Assembly (NCBI GenBank): GCA_044354635.1
Contig: JBIKZR010000001.1
Location: 1 to 25,817 of the forward strand
Length of the DNA: 25,817 bases
Origin: Crocinitomicaceae bacterium
GTDB lineage: Bacteria; Bacteroidota; Bacteroidia; Flavobacteriales_D; Crocinitomicaceae
Direction of reading: 5' to 3'
Positions within the stretch are counted from its first letter, which is position 1. Each line of letters opens with the position of its first letter. A program made the position numbers and the translations under genes. Below are positions 15,849 to 24,535 of the stretch, piece by piece. The notes beneath the pieces are model-generated. The model was not told the origin of the DNA. It was given only the letters and a program-made list of their open reading frames with translations, and searched no databases.

Positions 15849-16469
15849 ATGACAGCATTAGAGACAGCATTAATCCATAGATTCGGGCAAGAAAACGTAT
15901 CTAGTTATCCAAAGAAAGAAGGGGAAATTCCATTAATTCTTCTCGATTTGGAGCTTAAGAGTCGCACGAAAGTTCTTGTAACAAATGGTCTAAGCGATTT
16001 TTTAATGCCTGTTCCAGAAAAATTAGCTGGAAACGAATACAATGAAATTTACTTTTGTCTCCCAAGCTATTGGGATGTAAGGGATAGTGAAAACCCTAAC
16101 ATGAATTGGGTTTTTGAATGGATTCAGCGTATCGCCAAGTATGTTGTAGAAAAGAAAACGTGGCTAGGAAACGGGCACACAATGCCTTGCGGTTCGGAGA
16201 TGGAAAGCCTTTCGCCATCCATGCGGCAAAATCATTTCTTTTTCTCAGATCCGGTTTTGCTAGAAAATGAATTAATGCCGATTGAAATAGGTGGGAAAAA
16301 CATTCATTTTCTTGCCATTATTCCAATTTTTGGGGAAGAAATGGATTACAAACAAGGCAAGGGAACGTTTAAATTTCAGCAAAAACTGCGAACACATGGC
16401 GTAACCGAAAAACTGGATGATTACCGGGGCAGCACGCTGAAAAGCAAATGGCGGTTTTTAAAGCGTTAG
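15849..16469 (+). CDS. Suppressor-of-fused (SUFU)-like domain protein
   Basis: 206 aa. VTNGLSDFLM, NEIYFCLP, W...IAKY...WLGNGHT, FLAIIPIFGEEMDYK...G...KL...DDYR pattern of bacterial SUFU domains. Confidence 0.8.
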   Translation: MTALETALIHRFGQENVSSYPKKEGEIPLILLDLELKSRTKVLVTNGLSDFLMPVPEKLAGNEYNEIYFCLPSYWDVRDSENPNMNWVFEWIQRIAKYVVEKKTWLGNGHTMPCGSEMESLSPSMRQNHFFFSDPVLLENELMPIEIGGKNIHFLAIIPIFGEEMDYKQGKGTFKFQQKLRTHGVTEKLDDYRGSTLKSKWRFLKR

Positions 16470-16502
16470 TTTTATCTGCTCAACAATATTGATTTGTTTC
16501 AA

Positions 16503-17489
16503 TTACAACAAGCCTTTCTCCATTAACAACTTGGCAATTTGCACCGCATTTGTTGCCGCTCCTTTCCGCAAATTATCCGCAACAATCCACATGTTTAACG
16601 TGTTTGGCTGCGTTTCATCACGGCGAATGCGACCTACAAAAACAGCGTCTTTTCCTTGTGCATATTTTGGCATTGGATACGAATACGTTGTATTGTCGTC
16701 TTTTACAACGATTCCAGGCTGCTCGTGCAATAACCGGCGCACTTCAGAAAGATCAAAATCCTTTTCAAACTCAATATTAACCGCTTCCGAATGACCTCCA
16801 ACAACCGGCACCCGAACTGCAGTTGCCGTCACGCTGATTGTCTCATCCAAGATTTTTTTTGTTTCATTCGTCAATTTCATCTCTTCCTTCGTGTACCCGT
16901 TTTCCTCGAAAGAGTCGCATTGTGGAATACAATTTTTATCAATTGGGTATTTATATGCCATTTCACCGGAAACGCCGTTTCGCTCATTTTCCATTTGCTG
17001 CATTGCTTTTACGCCTGTTCCTGTGATGGATTGGTACGTTGAAACAACTACCCGTTTTACCTTATACGCTTTGTGCAATGGAGAAAGTGCTAAAACCAGT
17101 TGAATCGTACTGCAATTTGGATTGGCAATAATTTTATCTTCAGAAGTTAAAATCTCCCCGTTTATTTCCGGAACAATCAACTTTTTTGTTGCATCCATGC
17201 GCCAAGCCGAAGAATTATCTATAACCGTGCAACCAACTGCAGAAAATTTTGGCGCCCATTCCAGCGAAGTTTCTCCGCCAGCTGAAAATAATGCTATGTC
17301 TGGCCGCATTGCAATTGCGGTTTCCATTCCAACTACCTTAAACTTCAAGCCACCAAAATCAATTTCTGTTCCGATAGATTTTTCAGACGCAACAGGAATT
17401 AATTGTGTTATCGGGAAATTTTGTTCGCGAAGAACCTGTAACATTACATTTCCAACCATTCCGGTAGCGCCAACAACTGCAACTTTCAT
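16503..17489 (-). CDS. asd: Aspartate-semialdehyde dehydrogenase
   Basis: 328 aa from ATG 17489 (MKVAVVGATGMVG; ATG 17495 is an alternative). VIDNSSAWRM, catalytic IIANPNCSTIQ, STYQS, GHSE, DNLRKGAATNAVQI. Confidence 0.97.
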   Translation of the reverse strand: MKVAVVGATGMVGNVMLQVLREQNFPITQLIPVASEKSIGTEIDFGGLKFKVVGMETAIAMRPDIALFSAGGETSLEWAPKFSAVGCTVIDNSSAWRMDATKKLIVPEINGEILTSEDKIIANPNCSTIQLVLALSPLHKAYKVKRVVVSTYQSITGTGVKAMQQMENERNGVSGEMAYKYPIDKNCIPQCDSFEENGYTKEEMKLTNETKKILDETISVTATAVRVPVVGGHSEAVNIEFEKDFDLSEVRRLLHEQPGIVVKDDNTTYSYPMPKYAQGKDAVFVGRIRRDETQPNTLNMWIVADNLRKGAATNAVQIAKLLMEKGLL

Positions 17490-17509
17490 AAACATATAAT
17501 TTGATTAAC

Positions 17510-17526
17510 CAAAATTAGTATATTTA
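17510..17526. promoter_or_regulatory. Back-to-back -7 elements for asd (TAATTTTG, minus, 17510-17517) and the lamin-tail gene (TATATTTA, plus, 17519-17526)
   Basis: caaaatta-g-tatattta in a roughly 57-nt divergent intergenic region; the asd element is canonical and the other has one mismatch. Confidence 0.5.
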
Positions 17527-17546
17527 CTTTCAAAGAAAACAAACGA

Positions 17547-20126
17547 ATGAAATACTTTTTAGCCATTTTTATTTTTCTACTACAACAGTTTGGGCACGCG
17601 CAATTAATAGAGGATTTTTCGGATAATAACATCACAAGCAATCCGACGTGGTCGGGCGACGACTCCGTTTTTACTATTTTGGATATTGCTGGTGATTTGC
17701 AGTTGCGTTCCAATAAAACGATTGCCAGTTCCAGTTTTTATCTGACAAGCCCAAGTACACAAGTTACTGGCGGACAATGGGAGTTTTACACTTATTTGAA
17801 TTTCAATACTTCCAGTGCAAATTATACTGATATCTACCTAACTTCTAACCAGGCAAATTTGTTAAACACCACTATTAGCGGCTATTTTATTCGAATTGGA
17901 GGAACAACAGATGAAATTTCTTTGTATCGAAAAGTTGCCGGTGTTTCCACAAAAATAATTGACGGTGCAGATGGCATTACAAATACAAGCAACAACTATT
18001 TAAAGATAAAAGTTACCTGTTCCCCAACCTACGAATGGAAACTTGAGCGGGATATAAGCGGAAGCGGAAACTCTTTCTTTACGGAAGGAATTATTACGGA
18101 CGCCACCATTCCAGCGAGTAGCTTTTTTGGGATTTCCATTACACAATCCACGGCGTCTTTTTTTCAGAAACATTACTTCGATGATTTCTATGTTGGCCCT
18201 ATACTTTATGACATTCTTCCTCCCGTGTTATTAACCGCAACCGCTGTAAGTGCTTCGCAAATTGATATTTTATTCAATGAAGCATTAAATCCACTTACTG
18301 CAGAAGATGAAACATTATATGATATTCAGCCGTTTTTATCTGCAACATCAGCCGCTCTTGACGCAAATAATCCGGCACTCGTTCACTTAACAACGACTTT
18401 TCCGCTGGTAAACGGAAATATGTATACCATTTTCGCAAACAATATGGAAGATCTTGCACTGAATAGTGCCGCTGTTCAAAGCCTAACGTTCACCTATCTT
18501 ATCGCAGAAAATCCCTTGCCAGGAGAAGTTATAATCACAGAATTTGTTTGCGATGAAACGCCTTCCAATGGTTTGCCACTGTTAGAATACGTTGAAATTT
18601 TTAACACCAGTTTCAAATATTTTAATTTAGACGGATGGAAATTAGGAGATAATTCTTCCGAAGGCACACTTCAGTCAAAGTGGCTTTATCCCGGTGAATA
18701 TTTGGTGTTGTGTTCTTCTACTAAAATAGATTCGTTTCTTGTGGCAGCAGCGGTGACTAGTTTTCCAAGTTTAAATAATACTGGCGATGACATTATTTTG
18801 AAAGATTTGAATGGAATTATTTTGGATAAAATCTCCTATACCGATAATTGGTACCAAGATGCATCGAAAGAAGATGGCGGCTATTCTATTGAATTAATCA
18901 ATCCGAATGACCCATGTTCGGATGCAAGCAATTGGAAAGCAAGTATTGCTGCAATTGGCGGAACACCAGGATTGGAAAATTCGGTAAAAGACCTTTCTCC
19001 AGATACATTAGCGCCAACTATTCTTCAGTTATTACCCCAATCTCCAAATTACCTTACGGTAACCTTTTCAGAAGGAATGGATTCTACTTTTTTAGCGAAT
19101 GCATCGGTTTCATTTTCTCCAAGTTTAACATTAGCAAACACATTTATCTCCAATCCGTTTCCAACGAGCGTGACGTACCAGTTTGCAGAAAATTTGATTG
19201 GTAGTCAAATGTATAGCCTACTCCTCGAAAATATCGGTGATTGTTGGATGAATACCGCAAATCTGAGTGGTGATTTTGCTTTGCCGGAAATTGCAGTTGC
19301 AGGAGATCTTGTCATCAATGAAATCTTATTCGATCCATATACTGGCGGGTACGATTGGATTGAAGTATACAACACTTCCGCAAAATTATTGGATCTCTAT
19401 TTGTGGGAAATTGGAAATTACGACGATTCAATTGCTAACAAAAAAGCGATTGTGCAGCATTATTATCTTTCACCAAAAGAGTATGCCGTGATTGGAAAAG
19501 ATTCCACTTTTGTTAAACAAAACTACCCCGCTGCTATTCCAGGAACATTTGTCTACAGTGAACTTCCAACTTTCACCAACGATTCAAGTACGGTATATAT
19601 AGTCTATAATGCTACAATAATTGACAAAGTTTCCTATTCTGATGCTTGGCATTTCAAGTTGTTGGACAATACAGATGGCGTTTCTTTGGAAAAAATTGAC
19701 CCGAGTGGACTTTCAGACGATTCAAATAATTGGCATTCTGCAGCAGAAGCGATTGGATTTGCAACGCCAGGCGGAAAAAATTCTCAATACTTACCTGCAT
19801 TAATGTCGGGTGAATTTACGTTTGCCAGCCAAATTATTTCTCCGGATAACGACGGAAACGAAGATTTCCTTCAAATTACCTATGCGATGAGCGAATCTGG
19901 ATTACTTGGAAAATTTACCATTTTTGATGATCGCGGACGAGAAGTCAGAACACTTTTTAGCAACGAATTATTGGCTTCAAGTGGAACATTTACATGGGAT
20001 GGTATTTCCGATAAAGGCGTTAAGGCAAAAATTGGCACGCATGTCGCGGTTTTCGAAGCTTTTTCAACGAATGGCGCTTTAATTTATACCAAAACGAAAG
20101 CATTTGTAGTAGCAGGAAAAATATAA
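17547..20126 (+). CDS. Secreted lamin-tail-domain (x2) / Ig-like protein with a gliding-motility-associated (T9SS type B-like) C-terminal domain
   Basis: 859 aa. Signal peptide; two LTD starts GEVIITEF...EYVEIFN and GDLVINEILFDP...DWIEVYN, each ending GTPG/ATPG; SbsA-like Ig units (PPVLL...IDILFNEAL; APTIL...LTVTFSEGM); CTD ISPDNDGNEDFL...TFTWDG. Confidence 0.88.
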   Translation: MKYFLAIFIFLLQQFGHAQLIEDFSDNNITSNPTWSGDDSVFTILDIAGDLQLRSNKTIASSSFYLTSPSTQVTGGQWEFYTYLNFNTSSANYTDIYLTSNQANLLNTTISGYFIRIGGTTDEISLYRKVAGVSTKIIDGADGITNTSNNYLKIKVTCSPTYEWKLERDISGSGNSFFTEGIITDATIPASSFFGISITQSTASFFQKHYFDDFYVGPILYDILPPVLLTATAVSASQIDILFNEALNPLTAEDETLYDIQPFLSATSAALDANNPALVHLTTTFPLVNGNMYTIFANNMEDLALNSAAVQSLTFTYLIAENPLPGEVIITEFVCDETPSNGLPLLEYVEIFNTSFKYFNLDGWKLGDNSSEGTLQSKWLYPGEYLVLCSSTKIDSFLVAAAVTSFPSLNNTGDDIILKDLNGIILDKISYTDNWYQDASKEDGGYSIELINPNDPCSDASNWKASIAAIGGTPGLENSVKDLSPDTLAPTILQLLPQSPNYLTVTFSEGMDSTFLANASVSFSPSLTLANTFISNPFPTSVTYQFAENLIGSQMYSLLLENIGDCWMNTANLSGDFALPEIAVAGDLVINEILFDPYTGGYDWIEVYNTSAKLLDLYLWEIGNYDDSIANKKAIVQHYYLSPKEYAVIGKDSTFVKQNYPAAIPGTFVYSELPTFTNDSSTVYIVYNATIIDKVSYSDAWHFKLLDNTDGVSLEKIDPSGLSDDSNNWHSAAEAIGFATPGGKNSQYLPALMSGEFTFASQIISPDNDGNEDFLQITYAMSESGLLGKFTIFDDRGREVRTLFSNELLASSGTFTWDGISDKGVKAKIGTHVAVFEAFSTNGALIYTKTKAFVVAGKI

Positions 20127-20131
20127 TACGG

Positions 20132-20139
20132 TAACTTGC
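20132..20139 (+). promoter_or_regulatory. -7 element variant TAACTTGC for the small beta-barrel gene
   Basis: Same TAnnTTGC form as at 10072; 21 nt before the ATG at 20161. Confidence 0.4.
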
Positions 20140-20160
20140 GTATTCATTAAATACCAAGAT

Positions 20161-20673
20161 ATGACGAAGCAACTTTTGTTATTAATCAGTAGTGTGTTTT
20201 TCTTTACCCTCGTTTCCGCGCAAGTTAACCCAAATGCAATAGGCTTGCGAAGCGGCGGCGGATATAATGGCTCCTTTGGTGGGGAAATTTCCTATCAAAA
20301 AGGATTTGGCTCAGCAAATAGATTAGAAATAGATTTTGGCTGGACAAACCGAAGAGATGATTTCTGGAAAAATAAAACGTGGCGTTACAATCAATTTGCC
20401 GTTTCTGGAATTTACCATTGGGTATTTAATTTAACAGAAGGATTAAATTGGTTTATAGGACCAGGAGCGCAAATTGGATTTTTCGACGACTACTACAACG
20501 AAAACTCAGGAATTTCCATGGCACTTGGCGGACAAATAGGAATAGAATATGATTTCAACAAACACGGCGTTCCATTGCTTTTTGGTTTTGATGCGCGGCC
20601 AATGCTTGATTTTGTGGGTTATTATTCCGGTTTTGGCGGTGGAGCAGCAGCTTCTTTGCGCTATACCTTTTAA
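20161..20673 (+). CDS. Small (probably 8-stranded) outer-membrane beta-barrel protein, conserved hypothetical
   Basis: 170 aa. Signal peptide; alternating amphipathic strands AIGLRSG, EISYQ, RLEIDFG, WFIGPG, QIGIEYDF; ends LRYTF. Confidence 0.75.
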   Translation: MTKQLLLLISSVFFFTLVSAQVNPNAIGLRSGGGYNGSFGGEISYQKGFGSANRLEIDFGWTNRRDDFWKNKTWRYNQFAVSGIYHWVFNLTEGLNWFIGPGAQIGFFDDYYNENSGISMALGGQIGIEYDFNKHGVPLLFGFDARPMLDFVGYYSGFGGGAAASLRYTF

Positions 20674-20780
20674 AAAATGGCGCAATTTCTAAAGGAATTC
20701 AATCCAAGCCTTCTTATTTATTTCTTCTCGTTTTTTGCTACAATAGTTGTAATTTTACCGTATTATTTGAATACGTAATT

Positions 20781-22034
20781 ATGCTTGTACCTAGTTCAAA
20801 GGGTTGGATCAATAAATATTTTGATTTGGTTGAAAAAAACCAGATTAATTTAAGCTATGAACGGACAGCAGAAATGGAGGAAACAGCATTTATTCATGCT
20901 TCCCTCGCAAGAACAGGCATAATTTTCGGATTCCCAAATCAAATGCTTTTCGCACAAAAGATGGACGCCGCCAAATGGACTGCGGAGGAGAAATTAAAAA
21001 TCCTATTGTTCGAATCGCTGTTGCTGGTTTATTCCTTAAATACCAAGGGCAAAAAAGTAGATAAAAAAGAATTTAGTCAGGCATTAACCGATTTTTATGG
21101 ATTCCATGGGTCGTCTGCAATTAAAAAAATCTTTACGTTCTTCCTAAAGGAAACAGAAGAAGAAAAAATTGAGACCATTTTTTCAAAGCGTGTAGATATC
21201 AAAATCAATTTTCTTGAAAATAGACTTTGGGTAAATTATTTCAATAATGTTCTCATCTACTTGGATGTAATTTTATTTTATGATTTTCTAACGAACCGAA
21301 GTAAAAGTACGCTATTGAACTACGATGAAATGGCAATGAATACCTTGACTGCAATTTCCTTGGCATGCATGTCCGATGGTGTTATTGATTCCAATGAACA
21401 GAATCTGTTTTCCGTATTTTTGGCATCAGCTAATTTATCCGATCTTCAGCGGGATATTGCAGAAGCACGCTTCCAAAAAGGGGCAGATTTCACAGACTTT
21501 ACAGAACAAGTGAAATCGAATGAATTACTCAAACTATTTCTTGTTGATTTGGCTTCTTTCGTTGTTTTTTCCAATTACGATCAAACAAAAGGAGAGGTTT
21601 CCTTTTTACAAATCTTGAGCGAGTACATTGGTGTTTCAGATAGCCAACTAAACGTTGGACTGACTTTAACAGAGCAATTTATTCTAAATAATCAAAAAGA
21701 AATTCCGTTTCTCAAATCCTCCTCTTCCGTTGAAAAAGTTTATAGTAGTTTGTCCAAACGTTGGATAAAAATTCTAGGACGAAACAAAGATAAACTGGCA
21801 ACCGAACTGAAGCAAAGCAAAGAATTAGTGTTTCTAATTCGTAAATCCACCATGACGGAACTTTCCAAGGAGGAAAAAGAAGCCGTAAAATCGCAGTTTA
21901 TGGATATTGTAAAATCGATGCCGTCACTCGCTATATTCTTACTTCCTGGTGGTGCATTTTTATTGCCGTTGGTATTGAAAGTAATTCCAGATTTGATTCC
22001 ATCCGCATTTCGGGACAACGAGGTAGAAAAGTAA
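20781..22034 (+). CDS. LETM1-related protein with an internal TerB-like domain
   Basis: 417 aa. C-terminal LAIFLLPGGAFLLPLVLKVIPDLIPSAF resembles the LETM1 LLP...FP..LPSTF motif; SDGVIDSNEQNL and GEVSFLQILSEYIGV resemble the two TerB half-motifs. Confidence 0.75.
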   Translation: MLVPSSKGWINKYFDLVEKNQINLSYERTAEMEETAFIHASLARTGIIFGFPNQMLFAQKMDAAKWTAEEKLKILLFESLLLVYSLNTKGKKVDKKEFSQALTDFYGFHGSSAIKKIFTFFLKETEEEKIETIFSKRVDIKINFLENRLWVNYFNNVLIYLDVILFYDFLTNRSKSTLLNYDEMAMNTLTAISLACMSDGVIDSNEQNLFSVFLASANLSDLQRDIAEARFQKGADFTDFTEQVKSNELLKLFLVDLASFVVFSNYDQTKGEVSFLQILSEYIGVSDSQLNVGLTLTEQFILNNQKEIPFLKSSSSVEKVYSSLSKRWIKILGRNKDKLATELKQSKELVFLIRKSTMTELSKEEKEAVKSQFMDIVKSMPSLAIFLLPGGAFLLPLVLKVIPDLIPSAFRDNEVEK

Positions 22035-22044
22035 AATTATACCA

Positions 22045-23424
22045 TTACAATTCCTTGATCCATTGCGTCATTTGTAGCAAAACATCTGTCGAAAACGTTT
22101 CCTCCAATTCACCATATTCCAATACGCTGCAGGTTTTACACTCTTGAAATAAATGGTTCAATCCTTCCGCTAAAATTAGTTTCATATCCGCTTTCGATTT
22201 TTTTGAAGCATGTGCTAAAAATCCTGACTGACTGGATTTTGCTGGAACTTGAATGTCCTCCGAACCATTAATAACAAGTAGCGGAATGTTCCATTTTCTT
22301 AAATAATCCTTCGTTTCAAAAGCGATAAATTGTCTTCCCCATTCGTTGTTCAAAAACTGGTTTAACGCCATGTTGAAAGTCATTTCAGTCATTTGATCTT
22401 TGTAATCTTGTGGCGCTGATTTGTACATTTCACGGAGGTAAACATTCATAGGATCAATTGATTTTTCAATCGAATAATCCATCAAAATAGCACAGATTCC
22501 AGCATAAAGTGATGAATTCCACTTGGCGTATTCCTCCGACTTCCCCATTTTCAGCGGTATCAGATATTGTTGCTCAATTAACACTTCCGCGCCAGAAGTT
22601 CCAACACTTGCCAATTCAACAACAAAATCCACTTGTTTGTTCTTTTTTGCGGCAATTAGCGCGTGCATTCCACCCTCTGAATGACCGATAATTCCAATTT
22701 TATTGGCTGAAAAACGTGGGTATTTTGCAAAATAATTCACGCATGCTTTTACATCAGAACTAAAATCTTCCAATGTCGCATTCTGGAAAACTCCGGTGCT
22801 TTTGCCATAACCGCGGTCGTCAAACCGCAAACATCCAATTCCGTTCTTTGCAAAATAATCTGCAATCACCAAAAAGGATTTATGTCCGAGAATTTCACAG
22901 TTTCTATCTTGCGCACCTGAACCAGAAGCCAAAACAACAATTGGATAATTTAAAACACTTGTGTTCGGCAAGGTGAGCGTTCCAGATAGCGTAATCGCAC
23001 CATTTTTTATACTCACTTCCTGACTCGAATAGGAGAACGGTTCTTTTGGCTCTTGTGGACGCTTCAACTCGATCTGCGCTTGTTCTTGTCGGTAAAAATT
23101 TGCCGCCCATTTTATGCCCATCTGCGATAGAACACCAACCAATGAATCGCCATTTGAAAAGTATTTTCCCTTGAAGGAAAGTCCAATTTTTGTCCAACTA
23201 AAAGAAAGGGAAGAATCTGTTATTTCCACCTTATCCATTCGGACATCTTCAAACTTACCTGATTCTGAGAGAGAAATTTCTGTTTGGTTCGGGTAATTTC
23301 GAATTACCATTTCTATTTTATTTGTCATTCCCATTACGGAAAAACTCGTGTGCCAAACCCCATCAATTTGGGAGAATCCGAACACACTAAAAAACAGGGC
23401 ACAGATGCTACAAACTATTTTCAT
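22045..23424 (-). CDS. Secreted alpha/beta-fold serine hydrolase (S9/S33-like) with an N-terminal beta domain
   Basis: 459 aa. Signal peptide; GSGAQDR, RFDDRG, nucleophile GHSEGG, acid GSEDIQV, His GLNHLFQ. The start overlaps the upstream GT by 17 nt. Confidence 0.88.
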   Translation of the reverse strand: MKIVCSICALFFSVFGFSQIDGVWHTSFSVMGMTNKIEMVIRNYPNQTEISLSESGKFEDVRMDKVEITDSSLSFSWTKIGLSFKGKYFSNGDSLVGVLSQMGIKWAANFYRQEQAQIELKRPQEPKEPFSYSSQEVSIKNGAITLSGTLTLPNTSVLNYPIVVLASGSGAQDRNCEILGHKSFLVIADYFAKNGIGCLRFDDRGYGKSTGVFQNATLEDFSSDVKACVNYFAKYPRFSANKIGIIGHSEGGMHALIAAKKNKQVDFVVELASVGTSGAEVLIEQQYLIPLKMGKSEEYAKWNSSLYAGICAILMDYSIEKSIDPMNVYLREMYKSAPQDYKDQMTEMTFNMALNQFLNNEWGRQFIAFETKDYLRKWNIPLLVINGSEDIQVPAKSSQSGFLAHASKKSKADMKLILAEGLNHLFQECKTCSVLEYGELEETFSTDVLLQMTQWIKEL

Positions 23425-24535
23425 ACTTAATTATTTTTTGAATTAAACTACAATTCTGTTCGTTGTTGAAATTGGCATGTATAAATTGAGCGCGTTGTGC
23501 AAATTCCTCTCTCGACAACACGCTATTTTGTAAACCAATATAATCGATTTTAAACTCCTTTGCGTCTTTTGCAATTGTGCAAAATTTCTCGAGCGTAGAA
23601 CCTAAAACCATTTTATCATTCACAAGAATTTGTCCTGAACTCATAATGCAAGCCAATAATTTCAACTTTACGCCAGCGGCAATACTCGTATGTAAAACAT
23701 GTATTTGTGCCTCCTGTACAAGATTGTGTAATTCCTTCTCCGATGGATTTGCAAACAACTCAATTTTTTCGTTGAGACACATTTCCTGCAATTTTTTCGT
23801 TGGATTTTTTCCTGCTATGACCAATGGGAAAGTTGGATCGATTACACTTTTCAAAGCGTGGATTATCCAAATTGCAGCGGACTCATTTTCCTTTACGGAT
23901 AAGTTTCCATGAAATAAAGAATACCGCTTTACCGGTAAGAATTCACCTATAATGTCCGGAATGGAAGCAGGTAAAATATGTACGTTGGAATGGAACTTTT
24001 TAAGGTATTCAGCATCTTCCGATTGTATAGCGAGAACATGTTTACATTTCGCTAAAATGGTTTGATACCGTTTAAGTTTTTTAGCCTCTTGGTAAAAGTA
24101 GAATCGTTTTAAAAATGCAGCATTTTTTTTAAGTCCGTTGTAATATTCATGCTCCACATTGTGGGTGCGAACAAAGGTAAGACGTTGTTGAATTTCTTCG
24201 TTTTCCAAATACCACGTTGTATGCAATCCTTCAAAAATTATTGGAGAATTATCGTGCAATAAATTCGCAAGTAAAGCCTTGGATCGGCGAGAAGAAACGA
24301 TAAATGGGCGGCTTCCAAACAACTGAAAAACACTTCTTTTTCGCGGATAATAAATGACTTTTGCGAATTTATCTAACTCTGCTTGTTTTCCCCGTCCATA
24401 TTCAAAGACGTGCAAAGTAAGGTCAAAACCCAATTTATGCAACGCTTTTACACGGTAAAATATATCTATTGCACCGCCATAATCTGCCGGAAACGGAACG
24501 TCCAAAGAAACGATATGTACTTTTTGTTTAGTCAA
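23408..24535 (-). CDS. GT-B fold glycosyltransferase (GT4-like, divergent)
   Basis: TTG at 24535 preferred over the 24598 call (375 aa, overlapping the upstream stop by 8 nt). HIVSLDVPFPADYGG, FEGLHT, RTHNVEHEYY, GVKLKLL. Confidence 0.8.
   Translation of the reverse strand: MTKQKVHIVSLDVPFPADYGGAIDIFYRVKALHKLGFDLTLHVFEYGRGKQAELDKFAKVIYYPRKRSVFQLFGSRPFIVSSRRSKALLANLLHDNSPIIFEGLHTTWYLENEEIQQRLTFVRTHNVEHEYYNGLKKNAAFLKRFYFYQEAKKLKRYQTILAKCKHVLAIQSEDAEYLKKFHSNVHILPASIPDIIGEFLPVKRYSLFHGNLSVKENESAAIWIIHALKSVIDPTFPLVIAGKNPTKKLQEMCLNEKIELFANPSEKELHNLVQEAQIHVLHTSIAAGVKLKLLACIMSSGQILVNDKMVLGSTLEKFCTIAKDAKEFKIDYIGLQNSVLSREEFAQRAQFIHANFNNEQNCSLIQKIIKYENSL

Noticed and set aside
20161-20673. PorP/SprF partner of the upstream T9SS cargo
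   Set aside because: At 170 aa it is about half the size of PorP/SprF barrels and appears to have its own promoter.
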